Shown here piece after piece: positions 26,890 to 38,739 of a stretch of DNA of 64,000 bases. Source of the stretch: Podospora anserina (taxonomy: Eukaryota). Each line of letters starts with the position of its first letter. Position 1 is the first letter of the stretch. The position numbers were made by a program, and so were the translations under genes. The stretch covers positions 1,426,001-1,490,000 of the forward strand of contig CM030332.1 in assembly GCA_017654855.1 (NCBI GenBank), read 5' to 3'. The notes beneath the pieces are model-generated. The model saw only the letters and a list, made by a program, of their open reading frames with translations, was not told the origin of the DNA and did not search any database.

Positions 26890-28150
26890 GAGCTGGATCC
26901 CTTTGTTCGAGAGTATCCAGCTCATAGATTTTTCATGAAACGCACTGCTGGATGCCTCGTCTTTTGTACCATTGTTGGGTTTTGCTTTTGGGCGGTCAAA
27001 TTCACCATCGCGGCTTCGTTTGGGTGACCTCATTTATTACCGGGCTTCTTCCAGCTATCGTGCTCCCTTTCAGGGTTTTTCAATGGTTTCTCTTGGTAGC
27101 CATTGGGTCTGTTCTTTGGGTGATGTGGGTTGCCGGAGCTGTTGTTCGGGCGATATGGTGTCCATATTCGCAGCGTTTCTTTGGTTTTCTGCTCCATTGG
27201 TTTTTCTTTTTATGTATGATAAGGGTTCTTTGACAGCGACACAGGGAAAATGGTCAAGTGACGGGCTCATATGAATGACATATCTTTTTACGAAACACCT
27301 CAGACCATGGTCCAATTTTTCGACATGGGGTCCGGGAGACTGCAGCGAGAAAAACGGCTTGTCACGGACTTCCGAGTCTATGTATTGGGCAGATGTTCCG
27401 GAAGAGCCCCGCGGCTCCGGTGAGCGGAGTGTCGTATGCAAGAGACGACAGAAGCAGATCACGAGAGATATCGAAAGTGGTTGGGGCATGAAAGTGTCTG
27501 TGGTCCAGACCTCATTCGGCTTCGGATTGGACCCCGATATTCCCCGCAGAGATTTGCATAGGCACACAATGCAAGCTGCAAAAATTATTGATCCTTGACT
27601 GGGTTCGCCATCAAAGATAAGGGACATGATCTGGGAAGTCCATGTTGCATCAGCAGCCGCCGAAAGGGTCTGATAGGGAACGACAATAGGGTTTCTGGGG
27701 TGGTGCATGATCAACGCCATGGAATTTGTTCAATGACTGCAGGTTTTCGGCTTGTTCCATCTTCTTTGTTGACCACCCTTTGGGACATGCCCACCACTCA
27801 TGGCCCTTCACCGCCGCCTTTTTACGAGAAAGTTTCACCATCAGCAACGATAACTTCTCTTGACCCCCTGGAAGGAGGAAAGGTAGCGAGCGGTCTGGCT
27901 CTTGAAGAAACTGTTGCCAGCAACGCCAAGGATCACACTACAGCGAAACCGCAGGTCCACTATCTCTCTTTCCCCCGTCCGAATGGTCTGCTGCATGGCA
28001 GCGGTCCCCCCGAGCTCCTTTTTTTTTTTTTTTTTTTGGGGGTGTGTGCTTGCGCATTGACAACTTGACAGGAGGTTTTTGGAATGCTTAGTACTGTGAA
28101 ATAAATTGGAGTGGGCGCCCCTTCCTGTGCTTTTCTCATCCCGTCTCTCG

Positions 28151-28471
28151 ATGGCGCAATATCGATAAGCTGTCCCACGATTGCGTCAAAGAAGAGCGGT
28201 TGCGTGATCTTGCGAGCAATCTGACCTGCCATCCACACACACTTTCCTGAGACGTTTATACCCCCCTTTCACGTTCTTCGTGGGGGGTTCTCTTTTCGTT
28301 TTCCCCCCTTCTTTTTTCTACGCTAGTTTGTGACATATTTCCCCCACGGGAACAAGAACAACGCCACCATCGACATTCACAGAAGTTATTGCCTATTTGG
28401 TCCACTTACACACGGTTGAAAGTTTCCTAACTTGATATTGGGCAAATTCTTGGCGAGGCTTTCTTACGCAA
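28151..28471. promoter_or_regulatory. Cluster of bZIP (CYS-3/MetR-like) sites upstream of choline sulfatase
   Basis: ATGGCGCAAT (28151-28160), ATTGCGTCAA (28180-28189), TTGCGAGCAAT (28210-28220) and TTACGCAAT (28463-28471) resemble the CYS-3 consensus ATGRYRYCAT or its half-sites. Confidence 0.45.
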
Positions 28472-28609
28472 TCCTAGAGGCCACCACATCTCTAGGGCTG
28501 AATTAGATACTTTGAGATACGTGGGAGGACCACAAGCAAACCCCCCAGAAGCAAGCTTATTCACACACCTTGACATCTTACTCGTCGAGAGAGACATAGA
28601 TACATCACC

Positions 28610-30622
28610 ATGTCACCCGATCTCAACTCCCTCCCCGGCGCTGACAGCACCCCATCACCAACACCACCACCACCAATCAACAGCACCCGCGGAACAACAG
28701 CTTCCAATAGCAACGGCCACTACTTTCCCAACGGCCACCATGATGGAGAAAAACGCCCCAACATCCTCTACGTCATGGCCGACCAGCTAGCCGCCCCTCT
28801 GCTCAAGATGTACAACCCCACCTCCCAAATCCTCACCCCCAACCTCGACGCCCTAGCTGCAAAATCAGTCCAGTTCGACTCAGCCTACTGCCCCTCCCCG
28901 TTATGCGGCCCCTCAAGAATGAGCATGATCACGGGGCAGCTCCCCATGAAGATAGGAGCGTTTGACAATGCCGCCCAGATATCAAGCGATATCCCGACTT
29001 ATGCCCACTACCTTCGGCTGAAGGGGTACCACACAGTTTTGGCGGGCAAGATGCATTTTGTCGGGGATCAGCTGCATGGGTACGAGACGAGGCTGACGAG
29101 CGATATTTATCCGGGGGATTTTGGGTGGGTGCCGAACTGGGAGGAGCCGGAGACGAGGCTGGAGTGGTATCATAACGCGAGCAGTGTACTGCAGGCGGGG
29201 AGCTGTGTGAGGAGTAATCAGCTGGATTATGATGAGGAGGTTATGTATAGGAGTAGGCAGTTTTTGTATGATTTTGTTAGGGAGGGGGAGGGGGGAAGGA
29301 GGCCGTTTGCTTTGACGGTGAGTTTAACCCTGCGCCACGTTCGTGTTTTTGTTTCGGGGAGGGGGGCGGGGTGTATGAGTGACCCCCACGGGACCCGGGA
29401 GGGTGGTTATGATGTGGTATGCATGATGCGCTGCACATGACTACTCGGCCAGTGGCTGTTGGGTCGCAGAGGGGAGGGGGGGGGGACAATATGGGGAAAC
29501 GACTGGTCATTCCAACTACACGGTGTGCTAACGTCCACTCTCAGGTCTCCCTCACCCACCCCCACGACCCCTACACCATCGAGCAAAAGTACTGGGACCT
29601 CTACGAAAACGTCGACATCGACCTCCCCCGCGTGACCATTCCCCAGGAAGACCAAGACCCCCACTCCAAACGCCTCCTCAAAGTCTGCGACCTGTGGGAC
29701 AATCCTTTCTCTGACGAGCAAATCAAGCGGGCCCGGAGGGCGTACTACGGCGCCGTCTCGTACGTCGACGACTGCCTCGGCCAGCTCCTCACCCTGCTCA
29801 AGCAGCTCAAGCTCGACGAGGACACGATTGTGATCTTTTCTGGCGACCACGGGGACATGCTCGGGGAGAGGGGGCTGTGGTACAAGATGTCGTATTTTGA
29901 GAGCTCGGTGCGTGTGCCGCTTCTGGTGAGCTACCCGAAGAGGTTCGAGCCGAGGAGGGTGAGTCAGAATGTGAGCACGTTGGATATTTTGCCTACGATG
30001 TGCGATTTGGTGGGGACGAAGCCGTGGGCGTTGTTGCCGATGGATGGGAGGAGTTTGCTGCCGCATCTGGAGGGGAGGGAGGGGGGGCATGATGAGGTTT
30101 TTGCGGAGTATACTGGGGAGGGGACGGTCAGGCCGCTGATGATGATCAGAAGGGGGAGGTGGAAGTATGTGACTTGCCCGGCGGATGGGAGTCAGTTGTT
30201 TGATTTGAGGGCGGATCCGCTCGAGTTGAGGGATTTGGTGAAGGAGGGGGTGGTGAGGACGGATGAAGAAACAAAAGAGGTTTTTGAGGCGTTTGAGAGG
30301 GAGGCGAGGGAGAAGTGGGATTTTGAGGGGATTACGAAGGAGGTGTTGCATAGTCAGAGGAAGAGGAGGTTGGTTTGGGGGGCGTTGACGAAGGGGAGGT
30401 TTGAGAGTTGGGATTACAATCCGATTGATGATGGGAGGGAGAAGTAAGTTCTTCTCTCTGGCGTGATGAGGATGTGTACTAATCTGTTGTGATAGGTATA
30501 TCCGGTCGCATATTCCTCTGGATGACCTCGAGAGGCGGGCGCGGTACCCGGCTGTGGATGAGTCCGGCCGGGAGACAGGATCGAGGATCGTGACTGATCA
30601 AGCTGGATCTCACGGGCAGTAA
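28610..30622 (+). CDS. Choline sulfatase (BetC-like, formylglycine-dependent sulfatase)
   Basis: RPNILYVMADQ, CxPxR motif LCGPSR, AGKMHFVG, SLTHPHDPY, GDHGDMLGERGLWYKM and the choline-sulfatase C-terminus YIRSHIPLDDLERRAR. Introns ~29318-29544 and ~30444-30495. Confidence 0.92.
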
Positions 30623-31284
30623 ACTCTGTCGACATGTGCTGGTGGCGCTTCAACTATTACGACGGTGATGAAGAGGATGTGGTTCAACCCGGTTTCTCAT
30701 AGCGAGTTTTGCTCTTGGGCGCACGATGGAGGTTCGAATGGTTAAGGTGGACGATATACGCGAAGGCATCTTGGGACATGTTTAATTTGGCGAGCGTGCT
30801 AGCATTACTCTTTGTCAGTTATGCTGATAAAAAATACAACCGATCATGCAATCTGCACTGGTAGACCGTATATGTATCAGCGTTGATGATGTTGAGAGCA
30901 ACCATTGAGAACCTTGATGAGCTAGCTGCCTGAAAATAAAGTAGGCTAGAGATCTGCGCTAGCCAAATAAGGAAGCGACAACCCGGGCCTGTGCTCAAGC
31001 TCCCCCGCGCGCGCGACAGAATCGCGAACTTAACCATCATCATCAATTGCGCTTCTCAACTTTTCCATATTTTGATCGCAACAACAAAATCCCGACTGTA
31101 GAAATCACCAACTCTCACCACCAATATCTAACCCTTCCCACATCCAAGTCCACCCCCACCTTACCAATCCGCACTCATCACCTTTGATCTCGCGCAAACA
31201 GCAGCGCGAAAGCGCAATACCCAACTTCCCGCGACAGCAACACTCATCCACTGACCACAACCACTTTTCCCTCAACCGCCAAAG

Positions 31285-32255
31285 ATGGCCTCCCTAAACC
31301 TCCTCCCCGAAGACCTCAAACACCTCGACCTCCTCCGCAACCGCTTCGCGACCCTATCTCTCAACCTCTCCAACGCCCACCGCAACATGGCGCTCACCTA
31401 CCCCCTCCCCTCCCAAGAATCCCTCCAGGCCTCAGCAGCAATAATCCACACCTCGCTGCTATCCCTCCAGTCGATCCTAACCGACAAGTCAGCCTTGTTC
31501 CACCGCATCGCTGTCCACCCGTCTACCAACTTCCCCGGGCGCACCCAGCTAGACTTTTTGTCATCGATGCTAAGAAAAAAACCGGAACCGGAGATCGAGA
31601 CGAAAATGGAGATGGGGATGCAGAGGGCGAGGGAGGTGGGGGTTGATGAGGCGGTGTTGGCAGAGATTGCTAGGCGGAACAAGAGACGGGAAGGGGGGGA
31701 TGATGAGGATTATGAGGAGGGGGGTGGTGGTGGGGGTGGGGATGGGGACGAGGGGGAGGATGAGGAGGCGAATAATGAGAAGTGGGCGGATTGCTGGTTT
31801 TTGTTTGATAGGGGGTTGAAGGAGTATATTAATGTGCAGGAGGGGAGGAGTTATACTGTGGAGGAGCAGGAGATGGGGGTTGAGAGGGTGAGGACGGGGT
31901 TGAGGAGGAATTTGTTGGAGGAGGAGGAGGAGGAGGAGGAGGAGAGTGATGATGAGGAAGAGGATGAAGATGAAGAAGAGGATGAGGATTTAGTTATGAT
32001 GGATGGGAGTGGTGGGGGGAGGGGAGGGGTGGGACAGCAGGGGGTTGTGCAGCAGGCGAGGTACGTGGTAGGCTTCATTGACATGTTTTTGGTTATTTTG
32101 CTAATCGGGTGGCCTCCAGTGGAAATACGGGTGTGCAGCCAGAGCACTTGTTTTGGTTGTATGCTAGGGGTAGGACAGATCTACCGCCGAGGATAGAGCT
32201 CGAGTCCAAGAGGGCGCCTGCGAAGGGGCAGGTGAAGAGACTTCCGCCTAGGTAG
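31285..32255 (+). CDS. MED8: Mediator complex subunit Med8
   Basis: LDLLRNR...PLPSQESLQASAAI...VHPSTNFPGRTQ...LRKKPEP pattern of fungal Med8 with acidic D/E tracts. Intron ~32061-32119; last exon ends LPPR*. Confidence 0.8.
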
Positions 32256-32823
32256 TGGGGTGTGTTTCTCTGCTCCTGGTTTTGGGAAAGGGGCGGCCGT
32301 TTATATATTCATCTAGCATAGCGGGGAATGGGACATGGTGTTTTGGCGACAGGTGCGTGGCTTTGATGGCTGATGGCTGTGGCTCTGAACGCCCCTTTTG
32401 ATCAGGAAGGTTTCTTCCTCCTGAGGTTAAGTCGGGTGTGGACTGGTCATGATAATCAAAGGAAAATACCCAACTTCGAAGTCATGCAATTGCTCTTCAA
32501 CAAGACTTTCAGTGCTTCGCAGGAGGATTGTCATGTCATAGAAGCAGTATGCAGAACTAATATATGGGAATATAATAATTTGCCTACCCAATGTAAGACA
32601 TACATACTATGCCGACTTTTGTGTTACCCCGCTTCCAACGGTTGCCTACCAGTTTCAGTTGCCCTGCTTCCAACAGTTGGTTGCCTACCAATCGCCCTAT
32701 TTGAGATGGCCAACCCGAAGCCCTATTCGAGGTGGCCAACCTGACGCTTGAAAGCGTGTGGTTCTTCACATTCTCTTTTTTTCTTTCTTTCTATTTCGCC
32801 AAGCCATACCCCCCTTCATCACC

Positions 32824-33785
32824 ATGACCTTCCACCTCTTGTCCCTGCCCCAAGAGATCCGGCCCGCGATCTACCTTCAAATACTATTCGTGAACCCCCT
32901 CACCTACCACAACGACGAATGTGCCTACCCGGGGAAACTAGCCTCGAAGCCGCCATCACCATGCATCTACGAGCCTGTAACACCCGATGAGAACGGGCAG
33001 CGACGACAGGGGGTGGTGGTCAAGACGTCATGGTGGTGGTGGTGGTCGTCGTCGTGACAAGTTGCCATTATTATTATCACCCTACCGACCGCACGGGTAT
33101 ATCCCTACTGCCTTTCTGCAGACTTGTCGACAGGTTTACACCGAGTGCCGGATGATGCCCTTTCGGGAAAACGAATTTGTTTTTGCGAGGTGTCACAGCT
33201 CGGGGGTTGGGCCAGGGCTGGAGTTGACGGGGAAGTTGTCGGGAGAGGACACACCAAAGCGGCCCAGTTCGCAAAAGTGATCATCTGGGCCCCCCGACCT
33301 AGGGATTTGAAGATGCCCCCGCAGCTTGAGCTTGGCTCAGAACCTTCTTGGCAGCTGGACAACTTGAGATACTTGCGCATGTTCACATATCAACAGGATC
33401 TCCTGGGTGCATCCTTGCCTTCTTTTCGGAGTCTTTGCGAGCGATTGCCTGGGCTTAGAGAGCTGAGGCTGCACATTAACCCTGACGAAGAGGGACCCGT
33501 GGGTCCAGTCTCGGATTGGTGGTGGGGAGAGGTGCTGGATGATAGTTTCACTGAAGAGCAGGCGCCGATACAGGCACGGAGATGGATGTGGGTTGATTGT
33601 GGACTCAGACAGCTGAAGGGGTTGAAATATCTTGAGATAGCGGTGGGTATGTATTCCACGCTGTCGGAAGCTGGGAGAAGCAAGTAGGTTACGCTGTTGG
33701 AGCAAAGATTGAATGATAAAAGGGAGGAGGCGCAGAAGGTGAAGGTTGCTCATGTCCCCCGTACCATCGGGTCCAGGTGGGTATG
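32824..33785 (+). pseudogene. Probably disrupted fungal hypothetical gene (LLSLPxEIR..IY N-terminus, LxTCRQVYxE core)
   Basis: Protein-like segments lie in alternating frames: MTFHLLSLPQEIRPAIYLQI (frame of 32824), YIPTAFLQTCRQVYTECRMMPFRENEFVF (+1 frame), WQLDNLRYLR...LPGLRELRLHI (original frame). An in-frame TAG at 33685-33687 is followed by more plausible coding sequence up to TGA ~33785. No frame-restoring intron found. Confidence 0.55.
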
Positions 33786-35017
33786 ATAGAATCAGATATA
33801 GTCATCTGTTGTACTCTTAAAATGTCAACACACATTACAGTATAAAAACCGACAAGGGCTGGCTGGGCTGCTTGGCAATATGACATATGCCAAGCCGGCA
33901 CACACGTTCGAAACATTCTCCGCTGCAGATCTCTGGAGCTTGTGCGTGTCCCAAGGCACAGCCTGCAACTTGGCAACAAACAACAACAAGCATGAGAATC
34001 GAACTGGCGAAGATGCTATCTTGCTCTGCTGGCCACGCTACTTCAGAGGAGAACGGCTCGCTGTTTTAAGAATTGTCTGACCCATCATGAAATCTTTTCA
34101 GCTGTCAGCGGCTAGAACCATCATTGGAGGCGTTTCCTCATGTGGCGTTTCCGAAATTGTTGCATGTTCAGCTCCCTGCATCTTCCTGTTGTTCTCCTGG
34201 GACCTGCAGTTCAGATCAAGCTTCACAGGCCGATCCGTTCCCCTCCTCTCCTGGAAGCCCCTGCATGTCCGACGGAGTCTTTTGGGCCGTCCTCTGAGAC
34301 CTGGGGGAGCTACACCGCCGGGTGAGGTGAGGCAATGGGTCGGTCGTACCTGCCTGCCTCTTCTGTTTTTTTTTCAGGGTTCAGTTACTAGGTGCTCGGT
34401 GAGACACAATACACCGACTTTGCTGCTTGCCCTCTCACAAGCGGCTTTCGCTTTTATTGTGTTTGCTGAAACTCATGCCGGAATAGGGCAACGCAACGAC
34501 GCGCGGATCAGCCAAGGGCCTGGAACATCTTTTCCAAGCTCGGTAATCTTGCCAACCCCTGATTCAGCAAGCCTCGAGCCTGGGAACGTCACTAACAACG
34601 GCTGCCATGAGACAATGGTCCCTGGAACTAGCGACGAATTAGCGTGACGGTCAATCGGTGCACCGCACCTTGTCATATCAAATCCCCAGGAAACCAAACG
34701 TTACCCACGCCTGACACCGCCACCCGCTCTCCTTCAAAACACACCTTGTCCTCGGAGCTCAGCTTGGAGCTCCCCCCTTCTTTCCTCGTCCTGGGCCTCA
34801 ACTTCGTACATACACACGCACACAAGCAGCCACCTTCCTGTGGCAGCCCTCTACCATCTGACTTTGTAGACTTTGACAGTCGCTTTGATACGGAATTTGC
34901 CACCAGTGTATATCATCACATCACTCATTCAGTTCAATCTTCACCTCACCATCAATACCGCTTGTTTTATTCCCATTTCCAACCTCAGGGCGGCGGCCCA
35001 AGCCTCTCATCACCAAG

Positions 35018-36517
35018 ATGTTATCACCGCCCACCGCCAGCCTCCCCAGGCTTTTCCTCCCTCGCCAAACCCTCTTCAAAATCCTCCTCGCCCTCCTCCC
35101 CTCCTTCCTCTCGGACCGCCTCTTCCCCGACCATAAACCAACTTACCGCGTCCATCCAACCTCGTACCTCGACGGCCTCCGCGGCATCGCCTCCATCATC
35201 GTCTTCTTCTGCCACTACACCGAAAACAACTTTTCGGCCCTGACGCCCTCCCACGGCCTCAACGTCGACCGCCCCTCGTCTTTTATTCAACTCCCCTACT
35301 TCCGCATCATCTTCTCCGGCAGACCAATGGTGCACATCTTTTTTGTCATTTCCGGCTTTGCCCTGTCGTACAAGCCCATCAAGGCTCTACACGCCCGAGA
35401 CCTGGACAAATGCTACACTGCCCTTGCGTCGTCCACGTTCCGTCGAGCGTTCAGGTTGTTTGGACCGTGCGTGGTGTCGACGTTTATGGTGCTTTGTCTC
35501 CGGCAGACGGGGTATCTGGGTCCGGCGCAGGAGACGCTGATGGAGGAGGTGTGGAAGTGGAAGGGGGCGGTGTTTCACCAGATTACTTGGGGGTGGGACT
35601 GGGATAGGGATTTGAAGCCGGCGTATGATATCCACTTGTGGACGATACCGATTGAGTTTGCGCATTCGATGTTGTTGTTTATGGTTGTGCTGATGCTCAG
35701 TCGGGTGAAGCTGCATGTGAGGATGGGGAGTGTGTTGGGTTTGATGGGGTACTGTTTGATGTGTGGGAAGTGGGCGGGGTTCGAGTTTTTGGCGGGTTTG
35801 TTTTTGGCCGAGGTTTTCGTGCTGAAGCAGGAGGGGAAGAAGCAAAAGGAGTGGGAGGGGGAGAGGGAGGGGACCAAAGAAGGGGGGATGGTGATGGGGC
35901 CGGGCATGTTGGTGAAGGGGTTGCAGGTGGTGATGATACTGGTGGGGTTGTTCATTGGGGGTTGGCCGAATAGGAGTGCGGATAAGACGCCGGGGATTAG
36001 CTGGTTTCTGGAGAGGACGCCGTTGCCGTTTGCGGAGATGGATCATTTGGCGCCGCAGAAGTTTTGGTTTGGGCTGAGCGCGGTGTGTACGGTGTGGGCG
36101 GTGGGGGAGCTGGATTTTCTGAGGAGGTTCTTTGAGGGGGGGCTGGCGCAGTATTGTGGGAGGATCAGTTATGCGATTTATATCATGCATGGACCGGTGA
36201 TGGATACCATCCAGGCGTCGATTCTGGGGCATGTTGATATCGCTGCGAGGGGGAAGCCAGGGGATGCGAATTTTAAGGAGGCGCTTCCTGCTGCGGGTGT
36301 AAAGGGGTTTTTCGGGGTGAAGACGCCAACTCAGATCACGTTGAGCTGGTTCTTTGGGATGTGGATGATTGGGCCATTTGTGTTTTGGGCGGCGGATGTG
36401 TTTTGGAGGGTGGTGGACAACCGGATTGTGGACTGGGGGAAGAGGTTGGAGAACTGGTGTCTGGATGAGGACACTGGGCCTAGCCCGAGGTCCCAGGGGT
36501 ATTCTGTTGCTGCGTGA
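35018..36517 (+). CDS. Acyltransferase-3 (OafA-like) polytopic membrane O-acyltransferase
   Basis: YLDGLRGIASIIVFFCHY, MVHIFFVISGFALS, RRAFRLF, HLWTIPIEF, GRISYAIYIMH; intronless, 499 aa. Confidence 0.88.
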   Translation: MLSPPTASLPRLFLPRQTLFKILLALLPSFLSDRLFPDHKPTYRVHPTSYLDGLRGIASIIVFFCHYTENNFSALTPSHGLNVDRPSSFIQLPYFRIIFSGRPMVHIFFVISGFALSYKPIKALHARDLDKCYTALASSTFRRAFRLFGPCVVSTFMVLCLRQTGYLGPAQETLMEEVWKWKGAVFHQITWGWDWDRDLKPAYDIHLWTIPIEFAHSMLLFMVVLMLSRVKLHVRMGSVLGLMGYCLMCGKWAGFEFLAGLFLAEVFVLKQEGKKQKEWEGEREGTKEGGMVMGPGMLVKGLQVVMILVGLFIGGWPNRSADKTPGISWFLERTPLPFAEMDHLAPQKFWFGLSAVCTVWAVGELDFLRRFFEGGLAQYCGRISYAIYIMHGPVMDTIQASILGHVDIAARGKPGDANFKEALPAAGVKGFFGVKTPTQITLSWFFGMWMIGPFVFWAADVFWRVVDNRIVDWGKRLENWCLDEDTGPSPRSQGYSVAA

Positions 36518-37533
36518 AGGCTTTGCAAATGTTTGGGACCAGGGTGAAAATATCATGGGAGGTGGGTGCTTTGATGGGTAATTATTAGCAGGCGGGGCGT
36601 TGTTGGGAGGAGTTGGACTGGCTGATGATTAATTTCTCTTATGTTCTTTTCCCGCTCTTTGCTAGATTGGCGGCTTAGTGTTCTATACCCAGACTTCGTT
36701 GTTCACAATACAGCTTTGCTTGTTTTATGGCTTTGGAGAGAAAGATGGAACAAGAGATGTTTGAGTTTTGGGATGAAAGGTCTCAACTGTTGGTGAATTT
36801 CTTCCAAAGCAAAAGAGCGAGTTGAGATCCGATATCATGTGACCACGCGATGCTGACCTGCGGTTGGGGGTGGTTGTCGACGCGGGGGGGAGGGGGAGGG
36901 GTGAGTCACGGTTGTGCAGGTTGGTCTTTATTAGTCAGGAAGGAGGTATGACTGCATTGGATATTGCCTGGGGCAGGTCAATGGGGATGATATAAACATG
37001 TCTGAGGGGCCTCAGGCTGTATTTTTTTTTACTTGAAATCTTTTGTTCTTGGTTCATCGGAATCAATCAATTGATGAGGTTGAGAAAGAACCAATTTAGA
37101 AAACTGAATACGACCCCTCACTTTGCTACAGTTCTTTATTCTTTCCTCCTCTCTCTCCGGTCTTCGGGCACGGCACACGCCATCAATTGAAGGATAGCCG
37201 TGGGAAACCGCTCTGATCCGAAGGGGCGTTGTGTTATTGGGATTGAGTGGATGAGATCTTGGGGTGTAGATTCAGCTTTTGACTTTTGGGTGTAGTAGGT
37301 AGTTGGAGAGGTAGGGTGTTTATATGGGATTTGTTTCCTGCTTTCATGTTCTGGTTTATTCCCTGTTTTTGGGTCACTTACACCTTTGTCACAGCCTCAC
37401 CACACGACCTTCTCACACAACCTTCTCCCAGCAACCCCACCATCTCAAATACCGCCATTGAACCATCACCCAAACCAATTAACTCACAATCCTCATACCA
37501 ACCAGTCAGTTCTCAACTCAACCCAAACCGAAA

Positions 37534-38293
37534 ATGAACGCCTCCTGCCAATGCGGCTCCATCCGCTTCAAAACCCCCCTCCCCAAACCCCTAGCCTTGT
37601 ATATCTGCCACTGGTATTTCCTCTCCCACCCTTCCCCCTTTTTTTTTTTTCTCTCTCTTGGTTTTCTAACATTAGCAAAACAGCATAGCCTGCCAAAGAC
37701 AAACCTCCTCCGCCTTTGGCGTTTCGGCCATCTTCCCCCGCTTCTCCCTCCCCGCCAACCTCATCCAACCACCGCCCTCCTCACCAACATCATCCTCGGT
37801 CTCGTCATCAGGGAGTCCGCCAGCTGGATGTGAAGGGAGCGGGAGTAACCTGCTATCAGTCTACTCACGCGCAACAACCAACGGGCAGACGCTGTACTGC
37901 TATTTTTGCAAGAGGTGCGGGACGAGGTTGGTGCATGATAGTCCTGTGAGTTTCCCTTTACCCCCAACAAAAAAAACATGATATGGGTTTTACGGTGCCT
38001 GCTACGAACGTGGCTGACAAACAATCAGAACAAAAACGTCGTCAGCGTCAAGGGGGGTTGCCTAGAGGGGTTGGATTGGAAGAGCGCGATTCACATTTGG
38101 TATGCCACCCTCCCTCGTAACATTCACAGTCGTAAGGGGCGGTATCTTAACGGGAAGATTGCCATCTAGGACAAAATCAGCCATGGTGCCAATCCCAGAA
38201 GGCGTGGAATCCCACAAGGAGGACTGCAAGGACCCGGAAGAGTATGGTGTTTGTCAGGAGGAGTTGGATCAGCCGCCGGGGGGGAGTTTGTGA
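37534..38293 (+). CDS. GFA / CENP-V / Mss4-like zinc-binding protein
   Basis: Spliced product MNASCQCG...YICHC(IA)CQRQTSSAF...YFCKRCGTRL...VSVKGGCL...HIWTKSA. Three GT-AG introns (~37613-37683, ~37945-38028, ~38100-38169). Confidence 0.85.
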
Positions 38294-38739
38294 GTGATTT
38301 CGTTGACAGCAATAATCGGAAGCTGGAAATATAGGTCAGGAAAAAAAAAGGGAATATGAATACACCACTCGGTTTCAAGGTGAGGTCAAAAAGAATACCA
38401 AAACTAAATGCCACGTCTGTTTAATACAACCCTGCAATGCTTCGTGCTCATGCTATGCTGCAATTATATGCCATGCTCACAGACAAAAAAAAATAAAAAA
38501 TGCTGACTTAACAAAACACACTCAGCACCCCGACCCAGCCCTGTCTGTCTCTTATATATCAGCCATCCCAATCCTCCAAGCTACATAAATGATCGTCATC
38601 CCACCGTTCATTAAAAAAAGAAGAAAAAGTCATCCCACCCTACCATCCCATCGCTATTTCCTGTAATCCGCAAATCACATCAGCAACAACACAATTCCCA
38701 AAACCACCCCAAATCCAAAGGAACAAACACGTTTACCCA

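Noticed and set aside
27070-28068. 216-aa and 157-aa ORFs upstream of the sulfatase
   Set aside because: No motifs or codon bias; likely intergenic.
35387-36556. 389-aa antisense ORF, and similar ones at 29407-30351, 7446-8243, 60164-60886, 51199-52443
   Set aside because: They lie opposite well-supported genes, are P/H/L/Q-rich with no recognisable motifs, and are explained by strand compositional skew and codon bias.
34900-38300. Acyltransferase-3 + GFA protein as a secondary-metabolite cluster
   Set aside because: No backbone enzyme (PKS, NRPS, terpene synthase), transporter or cluster regulator nearby; the flanks are housekeeping genes.
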